Positions 63,601-64,000 of a stretch of 64,000 nt of DNA are shown piece after piece. Position 1 is the stretch's first letter. Each line of letters starts with the position of its first letter. Location of the stretch: assembly GCA_964291295.2 (NCBI GenBank), contig OZ219754.1:3584016-3648015 (forward strand). Reading direction: 5' to 3'. The translations under genes were made by a program, and so were the position numbers. This stretch comes from an uncultured Candidatus Binatia bacterium. GTDB lineage: Bacteria > Desulfobacterota > Binatia > UBA9968 > JAJDTQ01. The notes beneath the pieces are model-generated. The model was not told where the DNA came from, searched no databases, and saw nothing but the letters and a program-made list of their open reading frames with translations.

Positions 63601-64000
63601 TCGCGCCCGCGGCAACGGCAAGGTCGAAGTCCGTGACCTCGCTGAAATCCGTCCCCGCCGTCGCCGTGCCGCCGGACACACCGACCGTGACGGTGGTCGG
63701 AATGGTGGCCGTCGCTGTCCCTCTGCGTGTGGCCGTCACCTTGATCGCAGTGGTCCCGCTCGACTCGGTCACCGAAACCGGATCCGCCGCCAGCGTCCAG
63801 GCGGTGGACAGCACATCGTCGTCCGTGATCGTCACCGTGGTCGTGGTGTTGCCCAGAACAAAGCCGCCCGGCAGCGCGCTGCCTTCCGCCAGCTCAATCG
63901 TTACCGTAAAGGTCTCGTCGGACTCGTCCAGCGTGTCGTCGGTGATCGGAACCGCAATCGTCTTCGACGTGTCGGCGCTGTTGAACGCCACTTCAGTCAC
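33662..64000 (-). CDS. Giant (>10,100 aa, 5' end outside the window) surface adhesin: Calx-beta, fibronectin type III and PKD/cadherin-like repeats plus a C-terminal autotransporter-like beta-barrel
   Basis: One uninterrupted ORF with dozens of Calx-beta units (DD.LDE.DETFTVTL...TITDDD), ~21 FN3 units (P..P.GL.A..G...V.LSW...Y.F.VRAVN) and YTMTVTASDGNGN units. The last ~500 aa after DPMPRAWLGRFGRTVA are barrel-like and end in FELQALW. Confidence 0.93.
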   Translation of the reverse strand: MTEVAFNSADTSKTIAVPITDDTLDESDETFTVTIELAEGSALPGGFVLGNTTTTVTITDDDVLSTAWTLAADPVSVTESSGTTAIKVTATRRGTATATIPTTVTVGVSGGTATAGTDFSEVTDFDLAVAAGATSGEASFDLVVTTDSADESNETVTIGGTLQGNSFTPATVTITDDDDPPALSITAPSAVTEGDSGSSDMVFTVALDAASGRSVTVDYAVDASSTATADTDFTDLSGTLTFAAGETSKTITVSVTGDELDEDDEKVVLKLSNESNASLGTATASGTITDDDDPPALSIAAPSAVAEGDSGSTDMVFTVALDAASGRSVTVDYAVDASSTATADTDFTDLSGTLTFAAGETSKTITVSVTGDELDEDDEKVVLKLSNESNASLGTATASGTITDDDASPVLAALTNVTRKVGQEVSVTASATDGDGDTVSYVWSRTSGPSLPGGVTLSGSTLTFTPTATGAYVMSVTASDGNGNEDSESVTITVGAATSVSTPTALTVGEGAGNAEVTITTPAAFGRSVTFDVSYGGSSATGASAPADGDYDNDAVTEVAFNSADTSKTIAVPITDDTLDESDETFTVTIELAEGSTLPGGFVLGNTTTTVTITDDDVLSTAWTLAADPVSVTESSGTTAIKVTATRRGTATATIPTTVTVGVSGGTATAGTDFSEVTDFDLAVAAGATSGEASFDLVVTTDSADESNETVTIGGTLQGNSFTPATVTITDDDDPPALSITAPSAVTEGDSGSSDMVFTVALDAASGRSVTVDYAVDASSTATADTDFTDLSGTLTFAAGETSKTITVSVTGDELDEDDEKVVLKLSNESNASLGTATASGTITDDDASPVLAALTNVTRKVGQEVSVTASATDGDGDTVSYVWSRTSGPSLPGGVTLSGSTLTFTPTATGAYVMSVTASDGNGNEDSESVTITVGAATSVSTPTALTVGEGVGNAEVTITTPAAFGRSVTFDVSYGGSSATGASAPADGDYDNDAVTEVAFNSADTSKTIAVPITDDTLDESDETFTVTIELAEGSTLPGGFVLGNTTTTVTITDDDVLSTAWTLAADPVSVTESSGTTAIKVTATRRGTATATIPTTVTVGVSGGTATAGTDFSEVTDFDLAVAAGATSGEASFDLVVTTDSADESNETITIGGTLQGNSFTPATVTITDDDDPPALSITAPSAVTEGDSGSSDMVFTVALDAASGRSVTVDYAVDASSTATADTDFTDLSGTLTFATGETSKTITVSVTGDELDEDDEKVVLKLSNESNASLGTATASGTITDDDDPPALSITAPSAVTEGDSGSSDMVFTVALDAASGRSVTVDYAVDASSTATADTDFTDLSGTLTFATGETSKTITVSVTGDELDEDDEKVVLKLSNESNASLGTATASGTITDDDASPVLAALTNVTRKVGQEVSVTASATDGDGDTVSYVWSRTSGPSLPGGVTLSGSTLTFTPTATGAYVMSVTASDGNGNEDSESVTITVGAATSVSTPTALTVGEGAGNAEVTITTPAAFGRSVTFDVSYGGSSATGASVLADGDYDNDAVTEVAFNSADTSKTIAVPITDDTLDESDETFTVTIELAEGSTLPGGFVLGNTTTTVTITDDDVLSTAWTLAADPVSVTESSGTTAIKVTATRRGTATATIPTTVTVGVSGGTATAGTDFSEVTDFDLAVAAGATSGEASFDLVVTTDSADESNETITIGGTLQGNSFTPATVTITDDDDPPALSITAPSAVTEGDSGSSDMVFTVALDAASGRSVTVDYAVDASSTATADTDFTDLSGTLTFAAGETSKTITVSVTGDELDEDDEKVVLKLSNESNASLGTATASGTITDDDDPPALSIAAPSAVAEGDSGSTDMVFTVALDAASGRSVTVDYAVDASSTATADTDFTDLSGTLTFATGETSKTITVSVTGDELDEDDEKVVLKLLNESNASLGTATASGTITDDDASPVLAALTNVTRKVGQEVSVTASATDGDGDTVSYVWSRTSGPSLPGGVTLSGSTLTFTPTATGAYVMSVTASDGNGNEDSESVTITVGAATSVSTPTALTVGEGAGNAEVTITTPAAFGRSVTFDVSYGGSSATGASAPADGDYDNDAVTEVAFNSADTSKTIAVPITDDTLDESDETFTVTIELAEGSTLPGGFVLGNTTTTVTITDDDVLSTAWTLAADPVSVTESSGTTAIKVTATRRGTATATIPTTVTVGVAGGTATAGTDFSEVADFDLAVAAGATSGEASFDLVVTTDSADESNETITIGGTLQGNSFTPATVTITDDDDPPALSITAPSAVTEGDSGSSDMVFTVALDAASGRSVTVDYAVDASSTATADTDFTDLSGTLTFAAGETSKTITVSVTGDELDEDDEKVVLKLSNESNASLGTATASGTITDDDASPVLAALTNVTRKVGQEVSVTASATDGDGDTVSYVWSRTSGPSLPDGVTLSGSTLTFTPTATGAYVMSVTASDGNGNEDSESVTITVGAATSVSTPTALTVGEGVGNAEVTITTPAAFGRSVTFDVSYGGSSATGASAPADGDYDNDAVTEVAFNSADTSKTIAVPITDDTLDESDETFTVTIELAEGSTLPGGFVLGNTTTTVTITDDDTAGVTISPTSLTVEEGGSGEYTVKLDTEPTGNVTVTVGGESGEVTVMGSPLTFTPSNYGTAQTVTVNAGADEDTTEDTAALTHAASSSDTNYGASLDIDDVSVTVTDTTPTLQLLTDPAAVTEGAAISLLVSSDRALTGDLTVSLTFSDRGSSGFDADDIPGTLGPRGFPASFGNSASTTGTVTIPTRADSTRESAETYRITLNDAAGYALGVDKTADGTLNDLGTAPAKPTGLTATAGEGRATLAWNDPDDDSITMWQYQQKVDSNDYGLWIDMPDSDARTTSHVVENLTNGAIHSFKIRAVNDTGNGAESIEVTVTPLALPAAPAGFVATAGDSQVTLSWKDPQDASITSWEFRQKKILDEYGPWTSISGALTTSHVVANLVNGDTWVFQVRGVNRIGGGAESVEATARPLPPVPSKPTGFTAGPGRTRITLSWNNPGNPAITGWQVRRKEGAGNYGDWTNIPNSGAATTRHVVTDLKNGTRYTFRIRAATVGSYSPESDEAAATTITLPAKPTGFSAVGSGDGRVTLSWDNPNDPSIVEWQYRRKFTRRLGGARTTSWDLEWTPIPDSDATTTRHEVTGLDNETVYTFILRARDSERFGYQSDERTATPRDGVYPEPINLTATPGNGRVILSWGNPKDPRFDNWRVRWRQYPQVNYGTWTPIPGSSGAASQTIESHTVTGLTNNRRYDFQVAGSRGTKPEGIATVSATPIPPPAAPTGLSATAGDTRITLSWNNPGNASITGWEYQQQLAGAATWGAWTNMDGSGASSTSYRVTGLTNGTAYGFKVRAVNPVGNGDASATVNGTPVAMAPCKVRIRSALGSGVLSSSGDTSASADLIIPANCGRITGIQFQTRTLEQTWDDATTWSPITRDGFPLATHPETRSLSDALLRFRVAPPVSTRTLLVRFRALSGQVVGPASDATRILVGAVNAPTGLRATAGDGSVALSWNPQPGRGIRSWQYQYKSSGDWSAAVDVPGASVTAVVEGLSNNTTYTFRLRSRFGHLPTDSSWSGQVTATPTAMPPGITLSESRLTVAEGGSSDYLVALDARPAASVVVTVSGMSGDVTVDPERLTFTTGNFDVAQAVAVSADHDADALADPAVTLKHSASGGGYDHVDVDDIVVVVTEDDAAGVTLSESRLNVGEGDSETYSVRLDTRPSANVTVTVGGASGDVTVNPDSLIFTGSNFGDWQAVTVTAGVDADPLADPAVTLTHSASGGDYGSVAIDSVVVIVEENDAPLQPTGLRAAAGNRQVTLSWDSANDPGITRWQYQQKEDAGDYGGWTDIPGSRAETTSHVVGNLDNGTTYAFKVRAVNGNGDGAASAETTAMPMAPPAPPTGFTVTAGDGQVTLSWDNPANPGITAWQYRQKEGTGNYGNWTDIPGSNAATTSHVVTNLTNGTVHAFKVRAVNPIGAGGESSEKTATPLPPVPAQPMNLSAAPGDRQVTLSWDNANDPGITAWQYRQKEGAGNYGDWTDIPNSRAATTSYVVGNLSNGTAYAFKVRAVNVRGNGAESDEVTATPRLGRPAAPAGLRAEGSDKRVTLLWNDPNNPSITRWEFRQKSGAGTFSDTWTLISSSPTTNRHAVTGLTNGTTYTFQVRASNSAGAGPAAEVTGQPTRKPAAPTGLGAAAGNGKVTLSWGNPKDPGIDNWRVRWRRFPEVQYGNWQIISGSTGTASQTIGNHTVTGLTNNRRYDFQVAGFDGSFPGNIATVPATPVPNPARPTGLTATAGDSRITLSWNNPNNASITGWEYQQKAGGGNYGNWTPIPGSDASTTRHVVTSLTNGSLYTFKVRAVNRAVNPDDEGAASDEVTATPSTRTVSVPAALTVAEGAGSATVRITASRALDNPAAFDVTYGGAATGAAEPSNGDYDNDAVTSVDFPTAATTADIVIPITDDALDEPDETFTVTIALAGASRSGDAPELGNAVTTVTITDDDASPVLGAIDAAAVKLGQTVDIAAAATDADGDAITYVWARDSSEMTPALPGGTALNQARLAFTPPAVGTYTMTVTASDGNGNTDTEDLVITVSNAATVSRTRLEVAEGSSDTYTVALTSEPSGDVTLTVSGASSSDVTVTGPPIRFTASNYNVPQTITVVVAADEDTTEDPDVTLTHSAAGGGYDGATIASVNVSITETTPILTLVADPAAVTEGADISLTVTSDRQLTGDLMVNLTLADRGVSGFDADDIIGSLGPRNLAASFGTTPSTTGTVLIGTNADMDAEGLETYTITLNDGTGYALGADKTVEGALNDPATVPVKPTGFAVDPADGQVTLSWDDPNNPGITGWQYQQKAEGGYGGWMTMPGAGAATTSHTVSGLTNNVSYTFRIRAVNDVGNGAISDSVTATPVGVAGVTISPTALTIEEGDSGEYTVKLDTAPSANVTVMVGGESGEVTAIPSSLTFTPANFGTAQTVTVNAGADEDTTDDAATLTHTASSTDTDYGASLSIDDVTVTVTDTTPTLQLSTDPAAVTEGSDISLSVSSDRALTGDLPVSLTLSDRGSSGFDADDIPGPLGPRDFTASFGNSASTTGTVTIPTSTDSDAENAETYRITLNDADGYAVGDDVTADGTLNDGTVSLSIADVSAAEDGTFTFTVTAAPAPSSEVTFKYTVTAESGDTATADTDFTAVTTATTATIAANASSKTITVSVTDDVLDEADETFTVTLSDPSAGVTLSDATATGTITDNDDPPALSIVSPPAVTEGDSGSTDMTFTVTLDAASGRQVTVGYAVDSTSSTATSGTDFTALSAGTLTFAAGSTGSALAQTVTVSVTGDESDEFDETVVLKLSDAVGAALPDPATASGTIEDDDESPVLVEIADQSLTVGQDVDVTASATDGDNDTISYAWTRESGETTPAIPNGTALNAAQLTFTTTAPGTYTMTVTASDGNGNTDTKDVTFTVTQPVPAAPSGLDATGGNAEVALSWDDPEDASITRYELQQKKGSAAWGSWTAISGSDAETTTHKVTGLENGSAYSFRIRAVNVGGNGAQSSVVTATPQAVSLSIADVTAAEDGTFAFTVTAAPAPSSEVTFKYTVTAESGDTATADTDFTAVTTAVAASVAANASSATITVSVTDDAVAESDETFTVTLSEPSAGASLGDATATGTIEDNDTAGVSVSATALTVEEGGSGEYTLVLDTEPTGDVTLTVGGASGDVTVEPASLTFTTSNYATAQTVTVSAASDEDTTTDSAVTLTHSASGGGYGSVSIDSVTVSITDTTPTLQLSTDPAAVTEGAAISLPVSSDRALTGDLTVSLTLADRGSSGFDADDIPGTLGPRNFTASFGNTAGTTGTVTIPTSTDSDTEGAETYTITLNDGTGYALGVDKTADGTLNDPPQSPALSIADVTAAEDGTFTFTVTAAPASSSQVTFKYTVTAESGDTATADTDFTAVTTPTPATIAANATSTTITVAVTDDALDESDETFTVTLSEPSSGVTLGDATATGTITDNDDPPVLSIAAPAAVAEGDSGSTDMTFTVALDAASGKAVTVDYGVDTASTASAADFTDLSGTLTFAAGETSKTLTVAVAGDELDEADETVVLKLSNAVGAALPDPATATGTITDDDVSPVLAALTAQSVTVGEDVDITASATDGDGDTVTYLWTRKAGETTPAIPGSPALNQARLTFTPTETGTYTMTVTASDGNGNKDTGTVAITVTAATTTPTVSLSIADVTAAEDGTFAFTVTAAPAPSSEVTFKYTVTAESGDTATADTDFTAVTTATAATIAANATTTTITVSVTDDALDESDETFTVTLSDPSSGVTLSGATATGTITDDDTAGVTVSPTSLTVNEGSNGSYTVKLDTEPTADVTVTVGGESGEVTVTGSPLTFTPSNYGTAQTVTVNAGSDTDTTNDAATLTHAASSTDTNYGSSLSIDDVSVTVTDTTTSAAAPCRIAVSSLGQRNRKILYLTVSVPANCGRITTAEMQVKTAAQDWSDVSWTSFGTLNLSNSNQPQTTQRFFNLSPGGVLLTGLRNVRVRALNGEKAGPESAVGHVWFGPLAQPAGLAAAAGNRHVKLSWTDAANPTLTGWEYRQKAAGGEYGEWTAMSGSGAATTSYSVSGLSNGTAYAFRIRSRSGSAASAASAEVTATPAGGVPGQPVITATEPSSAQVRVVWSAFGDPSVTKWQVQQKLASAGNWPGTWTDIGGSDASTTSHTFTSLTNGTPYDLRIRAVNDQGAGSASAKVTATPGAEPFPRPAGVSAKAGSGQVTLSWTDPGNAAITKWQYRWKLASASVWGAAMDVTGSDAETTSAVVTGLTNSAAHHFQVRAFGTEGGHWSARVSATPRTPPGAPQNLSSRAGDGEVTLQWLGLGDTTITGWEYRQKSDGGAYGEWTAMTGAGAGTTSYTVTGLTNGTAYTFQVRAENAGGKGAASAGVTSTPLVKPALVVSTSALTVEEGSSGAYTVKLAARPRGGDVTLSVGGESGEVTVDEDTLIFTVANWSEAQTVTVRAGADEDTVNDTATLTHSSTNRDDYVLIAASNPKVKVTVTDTTPTLQLSTDPAAVTEGEDISLTVSSDRALTGDLTVSLTLSDRGSSGFDADDIPGTLGPRNFTASFGVSASTTGTVTIPTSTDSDAESAETYRVTLNDGTGYALGVDKTADGTLNDPPQSTALSIADVTAAEDGTFTFTVTAAPVSSSEVTFKYTVTAASGDTATAGADFTAVTTATSATIAANASSATITVSVTDDAVDEPDETFTVTLSDPSSGVTLSDATATGTITDNDDPPSLSIAAPAAVTEGDSGSTDMVFTVTLGATSGRQVTVGYAVDSGASTATSGTDFTALAGGTLTFAAGSTGAALAKTVTVAVTGDELDEADETVVLKLSDAVGATLPDPATASGTIEDDDASPVLASLTAQTVTVGEDVDITASATDGDGDTVTYAWTRKAGETTPAIPNGTALNAAQLTFTTTAPGTYTMTVTASDGNGNTDTKDVVLTVTQPVPAAPSGLDATGGNAEVALSWDDPEDASITRYELQQKKGSAAWGSWTAISGSDAETTTHKVTGLENGSAYSFRIRAVNVGGNGAQSSVVTATPQAVSLSVADVTAAEDGTFTFTVTAAPASSSEVTFKYTVTAESGDTATADTDFTAVTTATAATIAANASSTTITVSVTDDALDEPDETFTVTLSEPSSGVTLGDATATGTITDNDDPPALSIAAPAAVTEGDSGSTNMVFTVTLGATSGRAVTVDYAVDSGASTATSGTDFTALTAGTLTFAAGSTGAALAKTVTVAVTGDELDEADETVVLKLSDAVGATLPDPATASGTIEDDDASPVLASLTAQTVTVGEDVDITASATDGDGDTVTYAWTRKAGETTPAIPNGTALNAAQLTFTTTAPGTYTMTVTASDGNGNTDTKDVVLTVTQTVAAALTISVADVSVMEGDSGETDMNFTVTLSGSPSHQVEIQATAWAKGSGDTAKGGRGAGRDFIGFQRRKLVFAANATGAGLSKTVTVKILGDEVEEDDETFTLRLNVLRTTDSRVAFAGGETRLEATGTITDDDDTTSTGHTISVANASVTEGDSHKTAMNFTVTLSGSPSHQVEIKATAWAKDSGDAAKGGWGPGQDFIGFRDRKIVFEANATGASLSKTVAVQVLGDEVDEDNETFTLLLNNLRTADSRVVFAGGESRLEATGTITDDDDATATGHEISVADAEVVEGDSGRTALNFTVTLSGSPSHPVQVDAVAREGTAEAGPGKDFRHFQANRKVVFAADATGAALSQTVRVDVLGDEADEDNETFTLRLNNIRTNDHRVVFAGGGTRLEATGTITDDDTAGVTITPSTVTVAEGGSNTYTVKLDTKPSSDVTVTVGGESGDVTVTGSPLTFTPSNWKTAQTVTVNAATDLDTTNDSATLTHASASSDTNYGPSLIIDDVEVTVTEPAPLPTLQLTTDPAAVTEGSAISLTVTSDRALTGDLTVSLTLSDRGSSGFDAEDIPGTLGPRNFTASFGNSASRTGTVTIPTSTDSEAEGAETYRITLNDGTGYALGVDKTADGTLNDGAAQSTALSIADVTAAEDGTFTFTVTASPASSSEVTFKYTVTAASGDTATAGADFTAVTTAVAKTIAANATSTTITVAVTDDALDEGDETFTVTLSEPSSGVTLSDATGTGTITDDDPLPGLSVGAPGAVTEGDSGSTDMVFTVTLGATSGRAVTVDYAVDGTSTAASGTDFTALAGGTLTFAAGSTGAALAQTVTVAVRGDELDEADETVVLKLSNAGNASITRATASGTITDDDASPVLASLTAQTVAVGEDVDVTAVATDGDNDTISYSWERKAGETLPALPGGTGLNAARLTFTAAAAGTYTMTVTASDGKGNEDTATVTITVTPAPGVTVILRAKGGDGTIELTWVYTGPTQGASKWQVEYFTGSTGDELRDLPGGVAARSATLPLSGGPEVLNGQTYNIRIVLLHTNGTTLAESVTNNVGWVRATPRGSATPRVVVTPTELTVKEGGGNHYTVVLAGVAPTGRVRVEITSVAQGRDDVEVGELMFDATDWDDPRRVSIYGRVLDDVEGYEVTQELEVKAPGTNYADVEAEDVTVTVVDTTATLTLATDPAAVTEGEEISLEITSDRALTGALPVSLSFADRGSSGFAAADLPGGLVQTRMADFGEEGGTTGTVTIPTNRDGLTSEGVETYTVTLGDDSTENGYKLGSDTTADGRLNDAASGTPTTPGTTKGVTVIPMELTAAEGGGAGFMVVLDAAPSEDVTVTVSGVSGDVTFTTEGQGDDGGNWGRLTFTTGNWEVPQWVRVWVREDADMEDDTDVVLTLTASGGGYDGVNIDSVTVTVVENDKTMSPGGAEAGGNAPGSAGPPPESAPERPGRPRRLRAKAGDGEVRLFWEDLEDRTLSHWQVRVRRGVGRWGAWTDMAGSDAGTVTHRVTGLENGTEYRFRVRGVNEAGPGVKSGRVFATPLRKPEISIADASAGEGEAMVFGITLSEASARKVRVSWRTAWGGEHGSAEGGSDFVQGSGVVRFRPGATRVEIRIQTLDDAHDEGRESFAVLLSEAKGGSIADGEATGTIVNTDPMPRAWLGRFGRTVAERALEGIAERVGEAVRVPGFQGVLGGIPLEEDGCGAGGGAGAEGGCAAGGFDLMAGEAMGGEPGSGIFDGYGGYRWWTGLGGARRFSGYPAGLGEGAREPGPGHLLADSRFTYTRGEDPVGGVLGFWGRGSRTSFDGKDGEVDLDGEVTTALLGADYARNRWRAGVAVAQSRGDGDYRGAAGEGEMEGSLTAAIPYASWRPTERVAVWGAAGRGAGAVTLKPGAGESVKTDISWTMAAAGTRGELWVFGDGGSLSLVSDALWARTTSDRAQGLAGTEADIGRLRLGLEGSRRFELPGGSGLTPKLGIGGRHDGGDAETGFGLEVGGGIGWDAPGLGLDFNVEGRALLSHEDGALKDRGFSASLAYDPRPESALGLTLALRSDLGGAATGGLDALFADAPLTQRLGGGNGGRWTAEAGYGLAAFRGRFVGTPHVSYGVWSGAPEVGVGWRLAPAAGAPDLNMTIRAVRRENTLEPADGRIDFELQALW
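38920..40120 (-). repeat. Three tandem ~130-aa Calx-beta variants (396/411-bp period) with basic inserts
   Basis: ISVA...EGDS..T.MNFTVTLSGSPSH.V....DF..F..RK.VF.A.ATGA.LS...RLEATGTITDDD three times. Anchor tcgcttcgagtctc at 38941, 39337 and 39748. Confidence 0.85.
40140..42350 (-). repeat. Near-identical 1266-bp-offset duplication inside the giant gene; the intervening FN3 block (~41100-41410) is also duplicated at ~47190-47500 (6087-bp offset)
   Basis: Antisense shadow ORFs repeat at +1266 (40698/41964) and +6087 (41307/47394). PVPAAPSGLDATGGNAEV... occurs twice identically. Confidence 0.85.
56170..64000 (-). repeat. Near-identical tandem array of 1323-bp and 1665-bp units (differing by an optional 342-bp Calx-beta module), ~5 units, continuing beyond the window
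   Basis: Near-identical shadow ORFs start at 56742, 58065, 59730, 61395 and 62718 (offsets 1323, 1665, 1665, 1323). The 342-bp sub-repeat is seen at 58395/58737 and 60060/60402. Confidence 0.95.

Noticed and set aside
56170-64000. CRISPR-like or non-coding repeat array
   Set aside because: Units are 342-1665 bp, in-frame multiples of 3, have no unique spacers and no cas genes nearby. It is a coding repeat.

Overview
High-GC bacterial window. The gene content (amidohydrolase_2 paralogues, a giant Calx-beta/FN3 surface protein, an ISAs1 remnant) resembles sponge-associated Binatia/'Deltaproteobacteria'; this taxonomic call is inference only. The first ~33.6 kb is dense coding sequence, in order: yggS (partial); a coupled slt-egtD-Fe-S/CCG oxidoreductase run; two hydrolases; cinA; an RND pump; a small islet with two RTX-repeat genes frameshifted at their 5' ends plus an ISAs1 remnant; an amidohydrolase-GH84-senA-senB (selenoneine) operon; a lysW-lysX-lysY-[class II GATase]-lysZ-lysJ cluster with no lysK; an amidohydrolase and an aldehyde dehydrogenase; rnhA-ychF; and a truncated CoxM-like gene. 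The last ~30.3 kb is a single >10,100-aa ORF on the minus strand, open at the window edge, encoding a modular Calx-beta/FN3/PKD-like adhesin with a C-terminal autotransporter-like barrel. The two best candidates for undescribed biology are (1) an EgtC-like Ntn gamma-glutamyl hydrolase embedded in a LysW lysine operon that lacks LysK, and (2) a GH84 O-GlcNAcase-like enzyme embedded in the selenoneine operon. All calls come from motif recognition by eye; no searches were run.
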